Part shown: piece after piece, positions 42,136-51,979 of the stretch | Layout: every line of letters starts with the position of its first letter | Position numbering within the stretch: the first letter of the stretch is position 1 | From: Spirochaetia bacterium | GTDB taxonomy: Bacteria; Spirochaetota; Spirochaetia; DSM-2461 | Assembly: GCA_963666985.2 (NCBI GenBank) | Contig: CAXXIA010000002.1 | Coordinates: 2,464,001 to 2,528,000, forward strand | Direction of reading: 5' to 3' | DNA: 64,000 nt | Translations under genes and position numbers: made by a program | The notes under the pieces: model-generated | Seen by the model: the letters and a program-made list of their open reading frames with translations, nothing else | Database searches by the model: none | What the model was told of the DNA's origin: nothing

Positions 42136-42701
42136 AAACAGGATATGTCGGATTTCTGATGCGGCTGGCAGGCGGGATTATCGATGCCGTTTGTCTGGGA
42201 ATTATCAGCGGTATTCCGATTGCCCTGATTCTCATTTTTGAGAGATCGTCCGGACATCGTTTCGCCAATGTTCTTTTCGTTCAAATGAATCTTGTTGCAT
42301 TTATGGGCTGGCTGTATTTTGCGATTTTGGAAAGCTCGAAGCTTCAAGGTTCCGTAGGCAAGGTGTTCTTGGGAATTGTCGTTGTTGATCTGAACAATGA
42401 AAGGATTAGTTTCGGTCGGGCTACCGGGCGATATCTGGGTATTGTAATTTCCGTAATGACATACGGCATCGGATTTCTTTTTCCTTTATGGACCAAACAG
42501 AAAAGGGCGCTTCCGGATTTTATAGCGGGGACAATGCTTGTTTATCGGGGAACGAAGAATGAAAATATCGGTGTTGATGCTTCTGTTGAAGTGGAAAGTG
42601 CATTGTCCGATGCGAAGCTCAAAATTCTTGCACGGATGCGGGAATCCGGAGAATTGAGCGAAAATGAGTATCAAATCGCGCTGGATAAACTGCGTCGATA
42701 G
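42132..42701 (+). CDS. RDD family protein with SHOCT-like tail
   Basis: 'GFLMRLAGGIID', 'GSVGK', 'RATGRY', 'ALPDFIAGT'; C-terminal 'LARMRESGELSENEY'. Confidence 0.85.
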   Translation: MKTGYVGFLMRLAGGIIDAVCLGIISGIPIALILIFERSSGHRFANVLFVQMNLVAFMGWLYFAILESSKLQGSVGKVFLGIVVVDLNNERISFGRATGRYLGIVISVMTYGIGFLFPLWTKQKRALPDFIAGTMLVYRGTKNENIGVDASVEVESALSDAKLKILARMRESGELSENEYQIALDKLRR

Positions 42702-42787
42702 TTTGCTGTGATTTTGGCAGGTAGCGTCTTCTGATTTTCCTATGGCGATTCTTTGTCGGAACTCTCCATCTATGGTATTCATAGGAT

Positions 42788-43507
42788 ATGCGGAATCATT
42801 TTATAAAGGATTATATCGGTCCGCCTTTTGATTGGTTCGGACCGATTCATCTTATCCTTCTCGGCATTACTCTGGTTTTAAGCCTTCTGATTCTATTATG
42901 GAAACCTGCGTGCCGAGGTCGGGTTCTTTTCCGTTACAGTGTTGCCGCATTGCTGGTTGTCAATTCGATTGCCTGGCACTGGTGGAAGGCCTCCGTCGGT
43001 GAATGGACCATTCAGGAGATGCTGCCCCTGCATCTTTCCGGGATTCTGGTATGGCTGGTTCCGGTCATGCTGATAATCCGAAGTCGATCTTTATTCGTTT
43101 TCGCTTTTTATGCGGGAATTCCGGGAACTCTGTTGGCTCTTCTTTTTCCTCAGCTCGGTATCTATAACTTCCCGCATTTTCGGGTTCTTTCTTTTTTCAT
43201 CGCCCATATTCTGCTGTTGATTGCGCCGCTTTATATGATTCGTACCGAGGGGATGCGGCCGGTTTGGAAAGAGGTTTGGGCGGTCTTTGGAATAATGGTT
43301 GCGTATACGGCGCTAATGATGGTGATGAATCCTCTTTTAGGCAGCAATTATCTGTTTGTGAACAGTTATCCGGAGGTTTCCGAAACGCCTTTTCTCTGGA
43401 GATGGCCCTGGTATGTGATAATGGAGGCTTTCGGCGCATTGGGTTCCATGATTCTGCTTTATCTGCCGTTTGGCTTTCGCGATTTGATTCGGTTGAAGCA
43501 CGTTTAG
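42788..43507 (+). CDS. YwaF/TIGR02206 (TMEM164-like) membrane protein
   Basis: 'FGPIH', 'LPLHLS', 'FFIAH', 'SNYLFV', 'WPWY'. Confidence 0.78.
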   Translation: MRNHFIKDYIGPPFDWFGPIHLILLGITLVLSLLILLWKPACRGRVLFRYSVAALLVVNSIAWHWWKASVGEWTIQEMLPLHLSGILVWLVPVMLIIRSRSLFVFAFYAGIPGTLLALLFPQLGIYNFPHFRVLSFFIAHILLLIAPLYMIRTEGMRPVWKEVWAVFGIMVAYTALMMVMNPLLGSNYLFVNSYPEVSETPFLWRWPWYVIMEAFGALGSMILLYLPFGFRDLIRLKHV

Positions 43508-43595
43508 CCGAATCTCTCACGGTCCGCATCGCGAATAGACCGCGGCGTATATGGCTCCGCGGCGCTCGGCGGCTGCGGCTTAAAAAAAACACCGA

Positions 43596-44831
43596 TTAAT
43601 CATCGCCGCTGATTATGTACAGTCTGTTCGGGTAATTCTCTATCAAATAACGGTAAGAGCCGGATACGGCAATCGTGCCTGTCGCATTGGTCGGGCAGTA
43701 ATATGATTTCAAACAATCCCCGCCTGTATCCAGAATCCGGTATTCGCACCATACATCTCCGGGTGCGTAATATGTCGTATGGTAACCGCCGGCCGTTCGT
43801 TCCAATTTGGTTGTTCTGACCAGATCAGGCAGAGACGAATCGAATGAATCGCCTGATAATATCGATGTAACCGCGCCTGTTGAGGTATTGATTTCGCCGA
43901 TTGCCGAAGAGAGAATCGATCCGTTATGACAATAGAGGATTCCCTCGTGCCAGGAAATGCTGTCGGCGGCCGACAATTCAGCATTCGGAATCGGATATCC
44001 CTCTTCAGCGATGCTTAAATCCGTTCCTCTGTATTTATAGAGACTCAATCCGGAGCCGGTGCTTTGATTCCCGACCACCCATGTATTGGTTCCATCAAAT
44101 GTAACGGCAAAGGGTTCCGCGCATGAAATACCGATTTCACCGACCGAACCGTTCGAGATATCGATACCGATGATTTTATACTCGGAATCGTCGAGAATGG
44201 CGGCGTAGAGTTCCCTACCGGAGCTTCCCACATAGCTTATGTCCAGAAATTCCACGGTGCTGTTCGTATCAAGGGTAAGGGCGGAGGCGACTTCGAGGCC
44301 TCCTTCTCCGAGAAGGGTAATCCCGCCGCCCGGGTTTGTATGCCAGGAACCGCTTTCACCGTCGAGCGTGAATGAACTCATCTCCCAGGTTCCATTATTG
44401 ATTTCCGCCGCCGTTTCGTAGTGAATATGCGCGGAAAGCGCCAGCCGGCTGTCCGCGGACTCAATGGTGAATTCAAAAAGATCGTGAGGGACGTTCCCGC
44501 TTGTCGAACGGTTGTTCTCCCATGTTCCCGCGAGTGAGGAGGCGACAATGGTTGAACCGTCAAATCCTTTCCAGTCGATTGTTCCGGAAACGCTTCCCTC
44601 GCCGCCGTAAAAGTCCATATTCTCACCCTCAAGAGTCATGGTTATCGTGAATGTTCCGTAGAATTCGGTATTATTCTCCCATGCGCCTGTCCACGTTAGG
44701 GTATTCGGAGTATTACCGCCTCCCGATTCCATTCGGCAGCCGAGAAGAATTGACAGAACGAACAAGACAGCCGCCGTACGAATAATTCTTGTTTTCCGGT
44801 TGATGGGATTAACTGGGGAATTGGTGCCCAT
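43596..44831 (-). CDS. Hypothetical lipoprotein (C-terminal beta-propeller-like)
   Basis: Lipobox 'LLGC'; beta-rich acidic sequence; AGGAG RBS. Confidence 0.7.
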   Translation of the reverse strand: MGTNSPVNPINRKTRIIRTAAVLFVLSILLGCRMESGGGNTPNTLTWTGAWENNTEFYGTFTITMTLEGENMDFYGGEGSVSGTIDWKGFDGSTIVASSLAGTWENNRSTSGNVPHDLFEFTIESADSRLALSAHIHYETAAEINNGTWEMSSFTLDGESGSWHTNPGGGITLLGEGGLEVASALTLDTNSTVEFLDISYVGSSGRELYAAILDDSEYKIIGIDISNGSVGEIGISCAEPFAVTFDGTNTWVVGNQSTGSGLSLYKYRGTDLSIAEEGYPIPNAELSAADSISWHEGILYCHNGSILSSAIGEINTSTGAVTSILSGDSFDSSLPDLVRTTKLERTAGGYHTTYYAPGDVWCEYRILDTGGDCLKSYYCPTNATGTIAVSGSYRYLIENYPNRLYIISGDD

Positions 44832-44884
44832 TGCGTGCTCCTGAAGTCTATTTCCTTCATAACGCGCTGAAAGGGCAAATCCAT

Positions 44885-44906
44885 CAATGGAATTTTCGTA
44901 CCATTT
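44885..44906 (-). promoter_or_regulatory. 22-bp regulatory motif, copy 2
   Basis: Reverse complement is identical to 41309-41330; lies upstream of the lipoprotein gene. Confidence 0.65.
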
Positions 44907-44948
44907 GCATTTTTGTCGGCGGTACGTTCAAGATGTTCTTCTAACGAA

Positions 44949-45926
44949 TTAAACGCCGCTTGCGGCAGACCGACGCTTTTCCAGCCGCTCTTTCCTGTAT
45001 TCTTCAACCAAAGCGGTAATTTCTTCTCTTCCCATGTATTTCTCATTGGGATTGTTTATGGAAACTTCAAGAGTTCCGGCTGCCGGATTTAATTCAACGA
45101 TATGGATATTATCTTTTTTCCCGTTACCGTCTCCCGTCGATCCGGTTTCAAAGACTCTTATGGTTTGATTGAGCGTATCTTCCGCCCAGACATGACCATG
45201 GCCGGTAAAGACTGCTTTTATCGAAGAGGCATACCTGGAAGCAATATCGTAGAATCGGTCTCCTTTTCGGATCTGATAGAGTTCTCCGGCACCCGACCAC
45301 ATCGTTTGAAAATTATTGTCGGTGATGGGAGGATGGTGGAAAAACAGAAGACTCGGAGTGCCCATCCGCAGCTCATTTTCCAGCCAGTCCATCTGCTTAT
45401 CGTCAAAACTGCCCGTACAAAAGGATTCTTTTCGGCAGTTCAGACAAACGGCATCTCTGGCGCTGCCCCTGTTGCTGTTGAGAAAGACGAACCTATATCC
45501 TTTGAAAAGAAATGAATAATAAGGATTTATTCCCAGGACTTTCTTCCAGACCTCTTCGATTTTTTTAGGATTCTCGGTCATGATTCCTTCATGGAAATTC
45601 GTGTTATATCCTTTTTGATAATCATGATTTCCGAGAAGGGCATAGTAGGGGATGGTTAATTCATCCATGACGGCTTTAAATCTTTCGGGCGGATTATCCT
45701 CTCCGATGCAATAATCATTCGGATTCTCTGAAAAAAGGCACCCGACCAAATCTCCGGTAACAACGGCAAAGGAAGCAAATGATAATTCGCTGTTTATTCT
45801 CTTAATGGAAAACCGGAGGTTCTCCAAATTCATATCATTGTCATAGTCCTGATTGTCGGGATTACCCGGAAGTCTGACGTGTGTATCCGAAAGAACAAGG
45901 AATGAAAAGGTTTCTTGAGATTTCAT
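44949..45926 (-). CDS. Calcineurin-like metallophosphoesterase
   Basis: DTH, GD, GNHD, HHP, GHGH motifs. Confidence 0.88.
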   Translation of the reverse strand: MKSQETFSFLVLSDTHVRLPGNPDNQDYDNDMNLENLRFSIKRINSELSFASFAVVTGDLVGCLFSENPNDYCIGEDNPPERFKAVMDELTIPYYALLGNHDYQKGYNTNFHEGIMTENPKKIEEVWKKVLGINPYYSFLFKGYRFVFLNSNRGSARDAVCLNCRKESFCTGSFDDKQMDWLENELRMGTPSLLFFHHPPITDNNFQTMWSGAGELYQIRKGDRFYDIASRYASSIKAVFTGHGHVWAEDTLNQTIRVFETGSTGDGNGKKDNIHIVELNPAAGTLEVSINNPNEKYMGREEITALVEEYRKERLEKRRSAASGV

Positions 45927-46068
45927 GTTGGAGAGATTAGGAATATGTGTTTTAGGTTGCGGTTAGAAAAGGCCGATTTTGCGGTTAATAAACAACAGTC
46001 CGTTTGGGAACTTGTCTGCGGGCCGGAATCCGCGTAGCGGACCGTAATCTTACAATAGGTTAATTTCG

Positions 46069-47037
46069 ATGAATTCCCGGCGGGGAATGCGTATCTTTAT
46101 TATTGTGGATAAGAAGCGTAAAAAAAGAGATTTTGCGATAGCCTTCGGCGGCGGCGGAGCCCGGGGCATTGCGCATGTCGGGGTTTTGGAAGTCCTGGAA
46201 AGAGAAAAGCGTTTACTGCCGGGGATTGTCAGCGGTACGTCCGTGGGAGCCATTATCGCCGCCTGTTATGCTTCTCAGACCGATTCTCAATCGATTCATG
46301 AAGTGATCGACGGTTTTGATTGGTTTGAGAATGTGGTGAATCTGAACGAAACCCTGCGGTATCGATTACGGAATCATGGTCTTGTGTCCAACGATAAGCT
46401 GAAAGATACCATGGAGGAGTTGATCGGGAAGGTCGGATTTGAAGATTTGCCGATTGATTTGGCCGTTGTCGCCGCGGATTTGGAGAAGAAAGTCCGGATT
46501 GTTTTCACTTCTCCGAGAATCGCGTCCGGAATGGAGAGGGCCGTAATGGAAAAATTTCTTCCTTCTCCTCGGGAAGGACTCCCCGGGTGCAAAACGGAAA
46601 TTATCAGTGATTGTGAAGTGGCTCAAGCGGTACAGGCCAGCTGTGCCGTTCCGGCTTTTTTTTATCCGGTAAAAGCCTTTGGATACAAGATTCTGGACGG
46701 CGGTGTTCTGAATCAGATTCCCGTTGATGTTGCGAAAGCCATGGGTGCCGACATTACCATGGGTGTGAGTTTGGGACTTCCGTTCTATCCTCAGAGAATT
46801 AGGGGCGCCGCTTCCATAATGGGCGCCAGGATAGGTTTGGAAGGAGTTCATCAGCAGAGAAAGAGTCTGGATATGGCCGATTTGGGTTTTCAGATTGAAG
46901 GTATCGAAGAAACCAGCTTTCTTAGAACCGATAAAGAACGTCTTATCGGGCTTGGCGAGACGGCAATGGAAAAACGGCTGGAGATTTTAAAGAAACTGCT
47001 GTCCGAAAAGAAGCCGCGCCGGTCGCTCCTTAATTGA
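46069..47037 (+). CDS. Patatin-like phospholipase (start uncertain)
   Basis: 'GGGGARG', 'GTSVG', 'DGG'. Confidence 0.88.
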   Translation: MNSRRGMRIFIIVDKKRKKRDFAIAFGGGGARGIAHVGVLEVLEREKRLLPGIVSGTSVGAIIAACYASQTDSQSIHEVIDGFDWFENVVNLNETLRYRLRNHGLVSNDKLKDTMEELIGKVGFEDLPIDLAVVAADLEKKVRIVFTSPRIASGMERAVMEKFLPSPREGLPGCKTEIISDCEVAQAVQASCAVPAFFYPVKAFGYKILDGGVLNQIPVDVAKAMGADITMGVSLGLPFYPQRIRGAASIMGARIGLEGVHQQRKSLDMADLGFQIEGIEETSFLRTDKERLIGLGETAMEKRLEILKKLLSEKKPRRSLLN

Positions 47038-47038
47038 C

Positions 47039-47084
47039 GGGGATTTATTTCCCCATAAGGTTGCTAAAGGGGATTTATTTCCCC
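47039..47084. promoter_or_regulatory. Tandem palindromic enhancer (UAS) sites
   Basis: GGGGATTTATTTCCCC twice (47039 and 47069), 30-bp period, about 170 bp upstream of a sigma54 promoter. Confidence 0.7.
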
Positions 47085-47253
47085 TTTATTCATCAAACAT
47101 AAATCCGGGGAATTCAAATGACAATAAAAAATCTCGTTCCCGGCGAATGATGCAGCCATTGGTTTAAATATATAATGCGAATAACTTTATGAATCCAAAA
47201 TTAAGAAAAAACATGTGTCCGATTCAGAATCTGTATATTCCTTTGAACTGTTG

Positions 47254-47269
47254 TGGCACGAGATTTGCA
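47254..47269 (+). promoter_or_regulatory. sigma54 (-24/-12) promoter
   Basis: TGGCAC-GAGAT-TTGCA, consensus match. Confidence 0.85.
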
Positions 47270-47298
47270 TTTATATGAGAAATCAAGGAGGACGTTTT

Positions 47299-48264
47299 AT
47301 GAAACGACTTGTATCGGTTCTTTGTTCCGTTGTTCTTTTGTTGGCTCTCGGAATGCCTTTATCGGCTTCCGGTCAGGATGAGAAAGGTGACGGCCAGAAG
47401 ACTTTGGCTGTCTGCCTTCCCGGAAGTGTTGAGTTCTTTTCCGTTCAAAAAAAAGGAATGGATAAAGCCGCCGCTCAATACGGATTGAAACTGATATATT
47501 CCGATGCCGAATGGGATGCCGCCAAACAGTTAAGTCAGGTTGAGAACTTCGTAGCACGAGGCGTTGATGCCGTTATGTTGTGTTCCGCCGATAATCAGGC
47601 ACTTATGCCGGCTGTAAAACTGTGTAATGATTCCGGGATTCCCCTTTTTACATTTACGAATACCTTAGGTGCCGATCCTAACGGACAGGTTGACGGTACG
47701 GTAACGTTCATCGGTATAAATGAAATTTCTCTCGGGCATATGATGGGTAAAATGGCCGAATCCGTATTGGGAAATGAGGCGGCGAATATTGTCTTGATTG
47801 AAGGAAATCCGGGCACGGCTCCGCAAAGAATGAGAACCGAAGGTTTTATGGAAATCGTAGGTAAACATGACAAATGGAATGTCGTTTATCAGCAAGCCAT
47901 TCCCGGCTGGACTAAGGAAGGCGCACTCGCCGCCGTTGAGGCGGCTCTTCAATCCGGAGAAACCATTAATCTGATCAGCTGCCAATGGTATAACGGTGCC
48001 ACAGCCGCGGCACAGGCGATTGAGGAATCCGGACGAACCGAAAAAATCTATGTAACCGGTTTGGAATTCTCCAAAGAACTGATTCCCATGATTCAGGACG
48101 GCAAAGTTGATATGACGTCGAATTATTCCATTGAAGATTCGGGATTCACGGTTATTGAAACCGCCTATAAATACTTTCAGGGTGAAAAAATCCCTTCATT
48201 TATTCCTTTGGAGGCATACATTGTCGATAAAGGGAATGTCGACGGTATAACACCGGAACTTTAG
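47299..48264 (+). CDS. Sugar ABC transporter (CUT2) substrate-binding protein
   Basis: AGGAGG RBS, signal peptide; 'DAEWDAAKQLSQVENFVARGVDA' Peripla_BP fold. Confidence 0.9.
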   Translation: MKRLVSVLCSVVLLLALGMPLSASGQDEKGDGQKTLAVCLPGSVEFFSVQKKGMDKAAAQYGLKLIYSDAEWDAAKQLSQVENFVARGVDAVMLCSADNQALMPAVKLCNDSGIPLFTFTNTLGADPNGQVDGTVTFIGINEISLGHMMGKMAESVLGNEAANIVLIEGNPGTAPQRMRTEGFMEIVGKHDKWNVVYQQAIPGWTKEGALAAVEAALQSGETINLISCQWYNGATAAAQAIEESGRTEKIYVTGLEFSKELIPMIQDGKVDMTSNYSIEDSGFTVIETAYKYFQGEKIPSFIPLEAYIVDKGNVDGITPEL

Positions 48265-48274
48265 AGATTGCTTT

Positions 48275-49471
48275 ATGAACTGGGGAACTCAGCTCTTTTT
48301 AAGCAAAGTTGAAAAAGAAACATATCCCGTAAGGAAGCTGGAATGGAAGCTCTCAAGGATTTTGGGAAAATCCAATATTGGGAAACTGATATTCTGGAAT
48401 ACTCGGGAAGATGAATATACCGATTCCGTTTTAAGACTTTGCCGGGAATTTGATGTTGAGTGTTGGCTGTGGTTCCCCGTTCTGGCGGATTCCGTCGTCC
48501 CGTCTGAGAATGCCCGTCCTGCGGTGAATCATAGGGGTGAGTATGGAATTCGTCCGCCCGGATCCATTAATAAGCCGGAAAAGGGAGAAGAGAATTTTAC
48601 TTTCTTTTGTCCTTCGGATGAGTCGTTTGAAGAACTGACAATAAAGACTCTTTCGGATTTAGTGGATCGATACGAATATACGGGAGTCTTCCTGGATCGT
48701 ATTCGTTATCCCTCTTTCGCAAACGGTCTGCCGCTGCAATATTCTTGTGTCTGCCCCGCGTGCTGCCGGAAGATGGGAATTGATTCGGAGGCGCTTTATT
48801 CCGAATTGGATTTCATAAAAGGGAAGGATTTCCTCAATCTGTTCCGTATGGGTGCGGAGTGTGAAAAAAGTTCGAACCGATTTCCTGAAGTGAAACGATT
48901 TTTTCGGCACCGGATGGGGCTGATTACCGAGAAAGTGAGGAGATTGAGGGAACCTGTAAAAGCCGTAGGAATGGGGCTTGCGCTTGATCTTTTTACACCG
49001 GCTCTGGCATTTTCGGTCGGCCAGGATTATTCGGCATTAAGCGGGATTGCCGATTGGATAAAGCCGATGACTTACGGCTTGGCCTGGGGACCCGCGGGAA
49101 TCCCGTTGGAACTGGACTGTCTTTATCGGGGTTTGACGCAGAGCTTTCCCGAATTACACAAAGAAGAAGTCATGGCGGCGATTGAGAAACTGATGAATTA
49201 TAAAATCACGCCGTATTGGGAAGGAAGATCGGATACGGGTTTCCCGACTTCCCTGGTTTATAACGAATGGAACACAGCTAGGCAATTCTCCGATAAATGT
49301 CTCTTTTTTCCCGGAATAGAAATGGTTCATAGCGAACTGTTTCGAACGAAGGTTCCGGAATATCGTGTGAAAGAGGCTATCGAACTCTTTGGAAACAGAA
49401 CGGATATTATCGCCTGCTGGAATTGCCTTGATATACCTGAATCTTATTTTGCTTTATTGGATAAGAGCTGA
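48275..49471 (+). CDS. Hypothetical cytoplasmic protein, possibly glycoside-hydrolase-like TIM barrel
   Basis: 'FFCPS', 'GVFLDRIRYP', 'CVCPAC', 'VGQDY...DWIKPMTY'. Confidence 0.55.
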   Translation: MNWGTQLFLSKVEKETYPVRKLEWKLSRILGKSNIGKLIFWNTREDEYTDSVLRLCREFDVECWLWFPVLADSVVPSENARPAVNHRGEYGIRPPGSINKPEKGEENFTFFCPSDESFEELTIKTLSDLVDRYEYTGVFLDRIRYPSFANGLPLQYSCVCPACCRKMGIDSEALYSELDFIKGKDFLNLFRMGAECEKSSNRFPEVKRFFRHRMGLITEKVRRLREPVKAVGMGLALDLFTPALAFSVGQDYSALSGIADWIKPMTYGLAWGPAGIPLELDCLYRGLTQSFPELHKEEVMAAIEKLMNYKITPYWEGRSDTGFPTSLVYNEWNTARQFSDKCLFFPGIEMVHSELFRTKVPEYRVKEAIELFGNRTDIIACWNCLDIPESYFALLDKS

Positions 49472-49474
49472 TCT

Positions 49475-50965
49475 ATGCCTCAAATACTGCTGTCTCTGGA
49501 CGGAATTAACAAAAGTTTTTCGAATGTTTCTGTTTTGCGGAATATTGATTGGGATGTTCATTATGGGAAGGTTCACGCCCTCTTGGGGGAAAACGGAGCC
49601 GGGAAGTCGACTTTAATTAAGATTATTTCCGGCGTCTATACCGCAAGTTCCGGAACGGTTTCCCTCGAAGGTCGGCAATTGGATTTCACATCTCCTCAAG
49701 ATGCGGTCAAAGCCGGAATCAATGTGATTTATCAGGAAACGAGTCTGATTCCTACATTAAGTGTTCTGGAAAATGTTTTTCTTGGAATTGAACCTAAAAA
49801 ACATAACGTCATCGATTCGGTCGCAATGAGAAAAAAATATGCCGAGGTAAACGCACAGATTGGAATTGATATAAACCCCGAGCAAAAGATTTCGCTTCTC
49901 GGTATCGCCGAGAAAAAAATCGTTGAGATTATGAAGGCTCTTGCAAGAGAAAGCCGGTTGATCATTATGGATGAACCGACAGATTCCCTGTCGGGGAAAG
50001 AAGTCTCTCTCCTTTTTAACGTCATATCGGATTTAAAAAAGCGGGGAATTACCATCATCTATATTACGCATTTCCTTGATGAGGTTTTTCGGATTTCCGA
50101 TAGAATCACCATCCTTAAGGACGGCCGGCTGGTTTCGGATGCCGATGCCGATGAAATGTCGGTTGAACTTATCGTCAAATCCATGGTCGGCGATGTAATG
50201 AAATTGGAAAAAGCTCCGGATTATCCCTCCAAATCATCCGAACCGCGATTATCGGTTAAGAACTTGGTTCCCGATGATGATGTTCCGTCAAGCAGTTTCT
50301 GTCTCTATCCGGGAGAAGTGCTTGGAATCACCGGTGTGGTCGGCGCGGGGAAATCGGAATTGGGGAGAGCCTTGTTCGGGGCGGCAAAAAAGAAATCCGG
50401 GGAAATAATCTTGGACGGAAAAATCTGTCGGATCAATTCTCCCAAGGATGCGGTGAGAGCCGGTATCGGAATGACGACCGAGGATCGAAAAGATACGGGA
50501 TTGCTCCTGGATGATTCTATTCTCCATAACCTTACCTTAGCGTCCCTGCAAAAACATATGCGGAAAGGTTTTATTTCAACGGGACTGGAATTGAAGCTCT
50601 ATAAAGGGACAAAAGAAAAATTGGGAATAAAGTGCACCGATTCCGATCAGCATCTGCGTTTCCTCAGCGGCGGGAATCAGCAAAAGGTCGTTATCGGAAA
50701 GTGGCTGGCGGCCGATCCGGATATCCTGATTATGGATGAGCCGACCAGAGGAATCGATATCGGCGCGAAGCAAGCGGTTTATCAAATTATCAGAGCGTTG
50801 GCCGCGGCCGGGAAGTCGGTAATTTTCATATCATCCGAGGTTCCCGGGGTTCATGCTCTTTGTCATCGGATTCTGGTGATGGGCAGAGGTTCTATCCGGA
50901 AGGAATTCTTTCCTGAAGATCCCATTGAAGCCGTTATGAAAGCTATGCTGGAAGGAGAAGTTTAA
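49475..50965 (+). CDS. Sugar ABC transporter ATPase (RbsA/MglA-like, two NBDs)
   Basis: 'GENGAGKST', 'LSGGNQQKV', 'DEPTRGIDIGAK'. Confidence 0.93.
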   Translation: MPQILLSLDGINKSFSNVSVLRNIDWDVHYGKVHALLGENGAGKSTLIKIISGVYTASSGTVSLEGRQLDFTSPQDAVKAGINVIYQETSLIPTLSVLENVFLGIEPKKHNVIDSVAMRKKYAEVNAQIGIDINPEQKISLLGIAEKKIVEIMKALARESRLIIMDEPTDSLSGKEVSLLFNVISDLKKRGITIIYITHFLDEVFRISDRITILKDGRLVSDADADEMSVELIVKSMVGDVMKLEKAPDYPSKSSEPRLSVKNLVPDDDVPSSSFCLYPGEVLGITGVVGAGKSELGRALFGAAKKKSGEIILDGKICRINSPKDAVRAGIGMTTEDRKDTGLLLDDSILHNLTLASLQKHMRKGFISTGLELKLYKGTKEKLGIKCTDSDQHLRFLSGGNQQKVVIGKWLAADPDILIMDEPTRGIDIGAKQAVYQIIRALAAAGKSVIFISSEVPGVHALCHRILVMGRGSIRKEFFPEDPIEAVMKAMLEGEV

Positions 50966-50968
50966 CGG

Positions 50969-51928
50969 ATGAATCTTACGGATAAATTTAATCAAAAGAA
51001 CGTGAGGCAAATAACTCAGAAATACGGAATTATGATTCTTTTTTCTATATTAAGCATCATTATTTCGATAGTTACTCCCAATTTCCTTAATGCTCAGAAC
51101 ATCATAAACATCCTTCGGCAAAGTTCGATAATCGGCGTTATGGCTATAGGAACCACCTTCGTTATTATCGGCGGAGGCTTTGATATTTCCGTCGGCAGCG
51201 TGTTGGCGCTTTCGGCCGCCATGGCGCTGGGATTGCAGGCTCAGATGCATTGGCTGGCAAGTACGGTTATTGTTCTTCTTGTCGGTATCGGCATTGGGTT
51301 GGCCAACGGTTTTTTATCCGCGAAGATCGGCATCGTACCGATTATCGCCACGCTGGGAACTCAGACCGTTGTCCGCGGTCTTACCTATATGTATACCGGC
51401 GGATATCCTGTTACCGGCGATTCGCAGAGTTTTCAGTTTATCGGTTCCGGATATATCGGGAAGATTCCCTTCCCGATCATTCTTTTCCTGACCATGGTCG
51501 CCCTTTGGCAGTTTGTTTTAAGTAAAACTCCCCTCGGACGTTACAGCTGTGCAATCGGAGGGAATAAAGAATCCACGAGACTCTCCGGTGTTAATGTCGA
51601 TTTTTACCAGATTATGACTTTTGTTATCGGCGGAGGGATGGCGGCTCTTTCGGGAATTATCTATGCGGCCAGACTCAGTTCCGCCACGCCTTTGGCCGGT
51701 CAGGGATATGATCTAGATGCTATTGCCTCAACGGTTATCGGCGGAACAAGTGTATCAGGAGGGCAGGGAAGCATCGTCGGCACGCTGATCGGTGTGCTTC
51801 TTATGACTATTCTAAACAATATGTTTAATCTTATGGGTGTTCAAGTGTATGTTCAGTATTTGGTAAAGGGTATGATTATTCTTCTTGTTGTGGGAATTGA
51901 TTCTTATTCGAAGAAGCAGAAAAACTAG
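50969..51928 (+). CDS. Sugar ABC transporter permease (RbsC-like)
   Basis: 'GFDISVGS', 'AIGGN', 'DAIASTVIGGTSVSGG'. Confidence 0.93.
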   Translation: MNLTDKFNQKNVRQITQKYGIMILFSILSIIISIVTPNFLNAQNIINILRQSSIIGVMAIGTTFVIIGGGFDISVGSVLALSAAMALGLQAQMHWLASTVIVLLVGIGIGLANGFLSAKIGIVPIIATLGTQTVVRGLTYMYTGGYPVTGDSQSFQFIGSGYIGKIPFPIILFLTMVALWQFVLSKTPLGRYSCAIGGNKESTRLSGVNVDFYQIMTFVIGGGMAALSGIIYAARLSSATPLAGQGYDLDAIASTVIGGTSVSGGQGSIVGTLIGVLLMTILNNMFNLMGVQVYVQYLVKGMIILLVVGIDSYSKKQKN

Positions 51929-51979
51929 ATTTTCATAACCCGTTGGAAACCGGATGTTTAGCTTTAAAAAGAAAATAGA

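Noticed and set aside
47039..47084. Direct repeats as a mini CRISPR array
   Set aside because: Only two 16-bp units with a 14-bp spacer and no cas genes; they fit an enhancer better.
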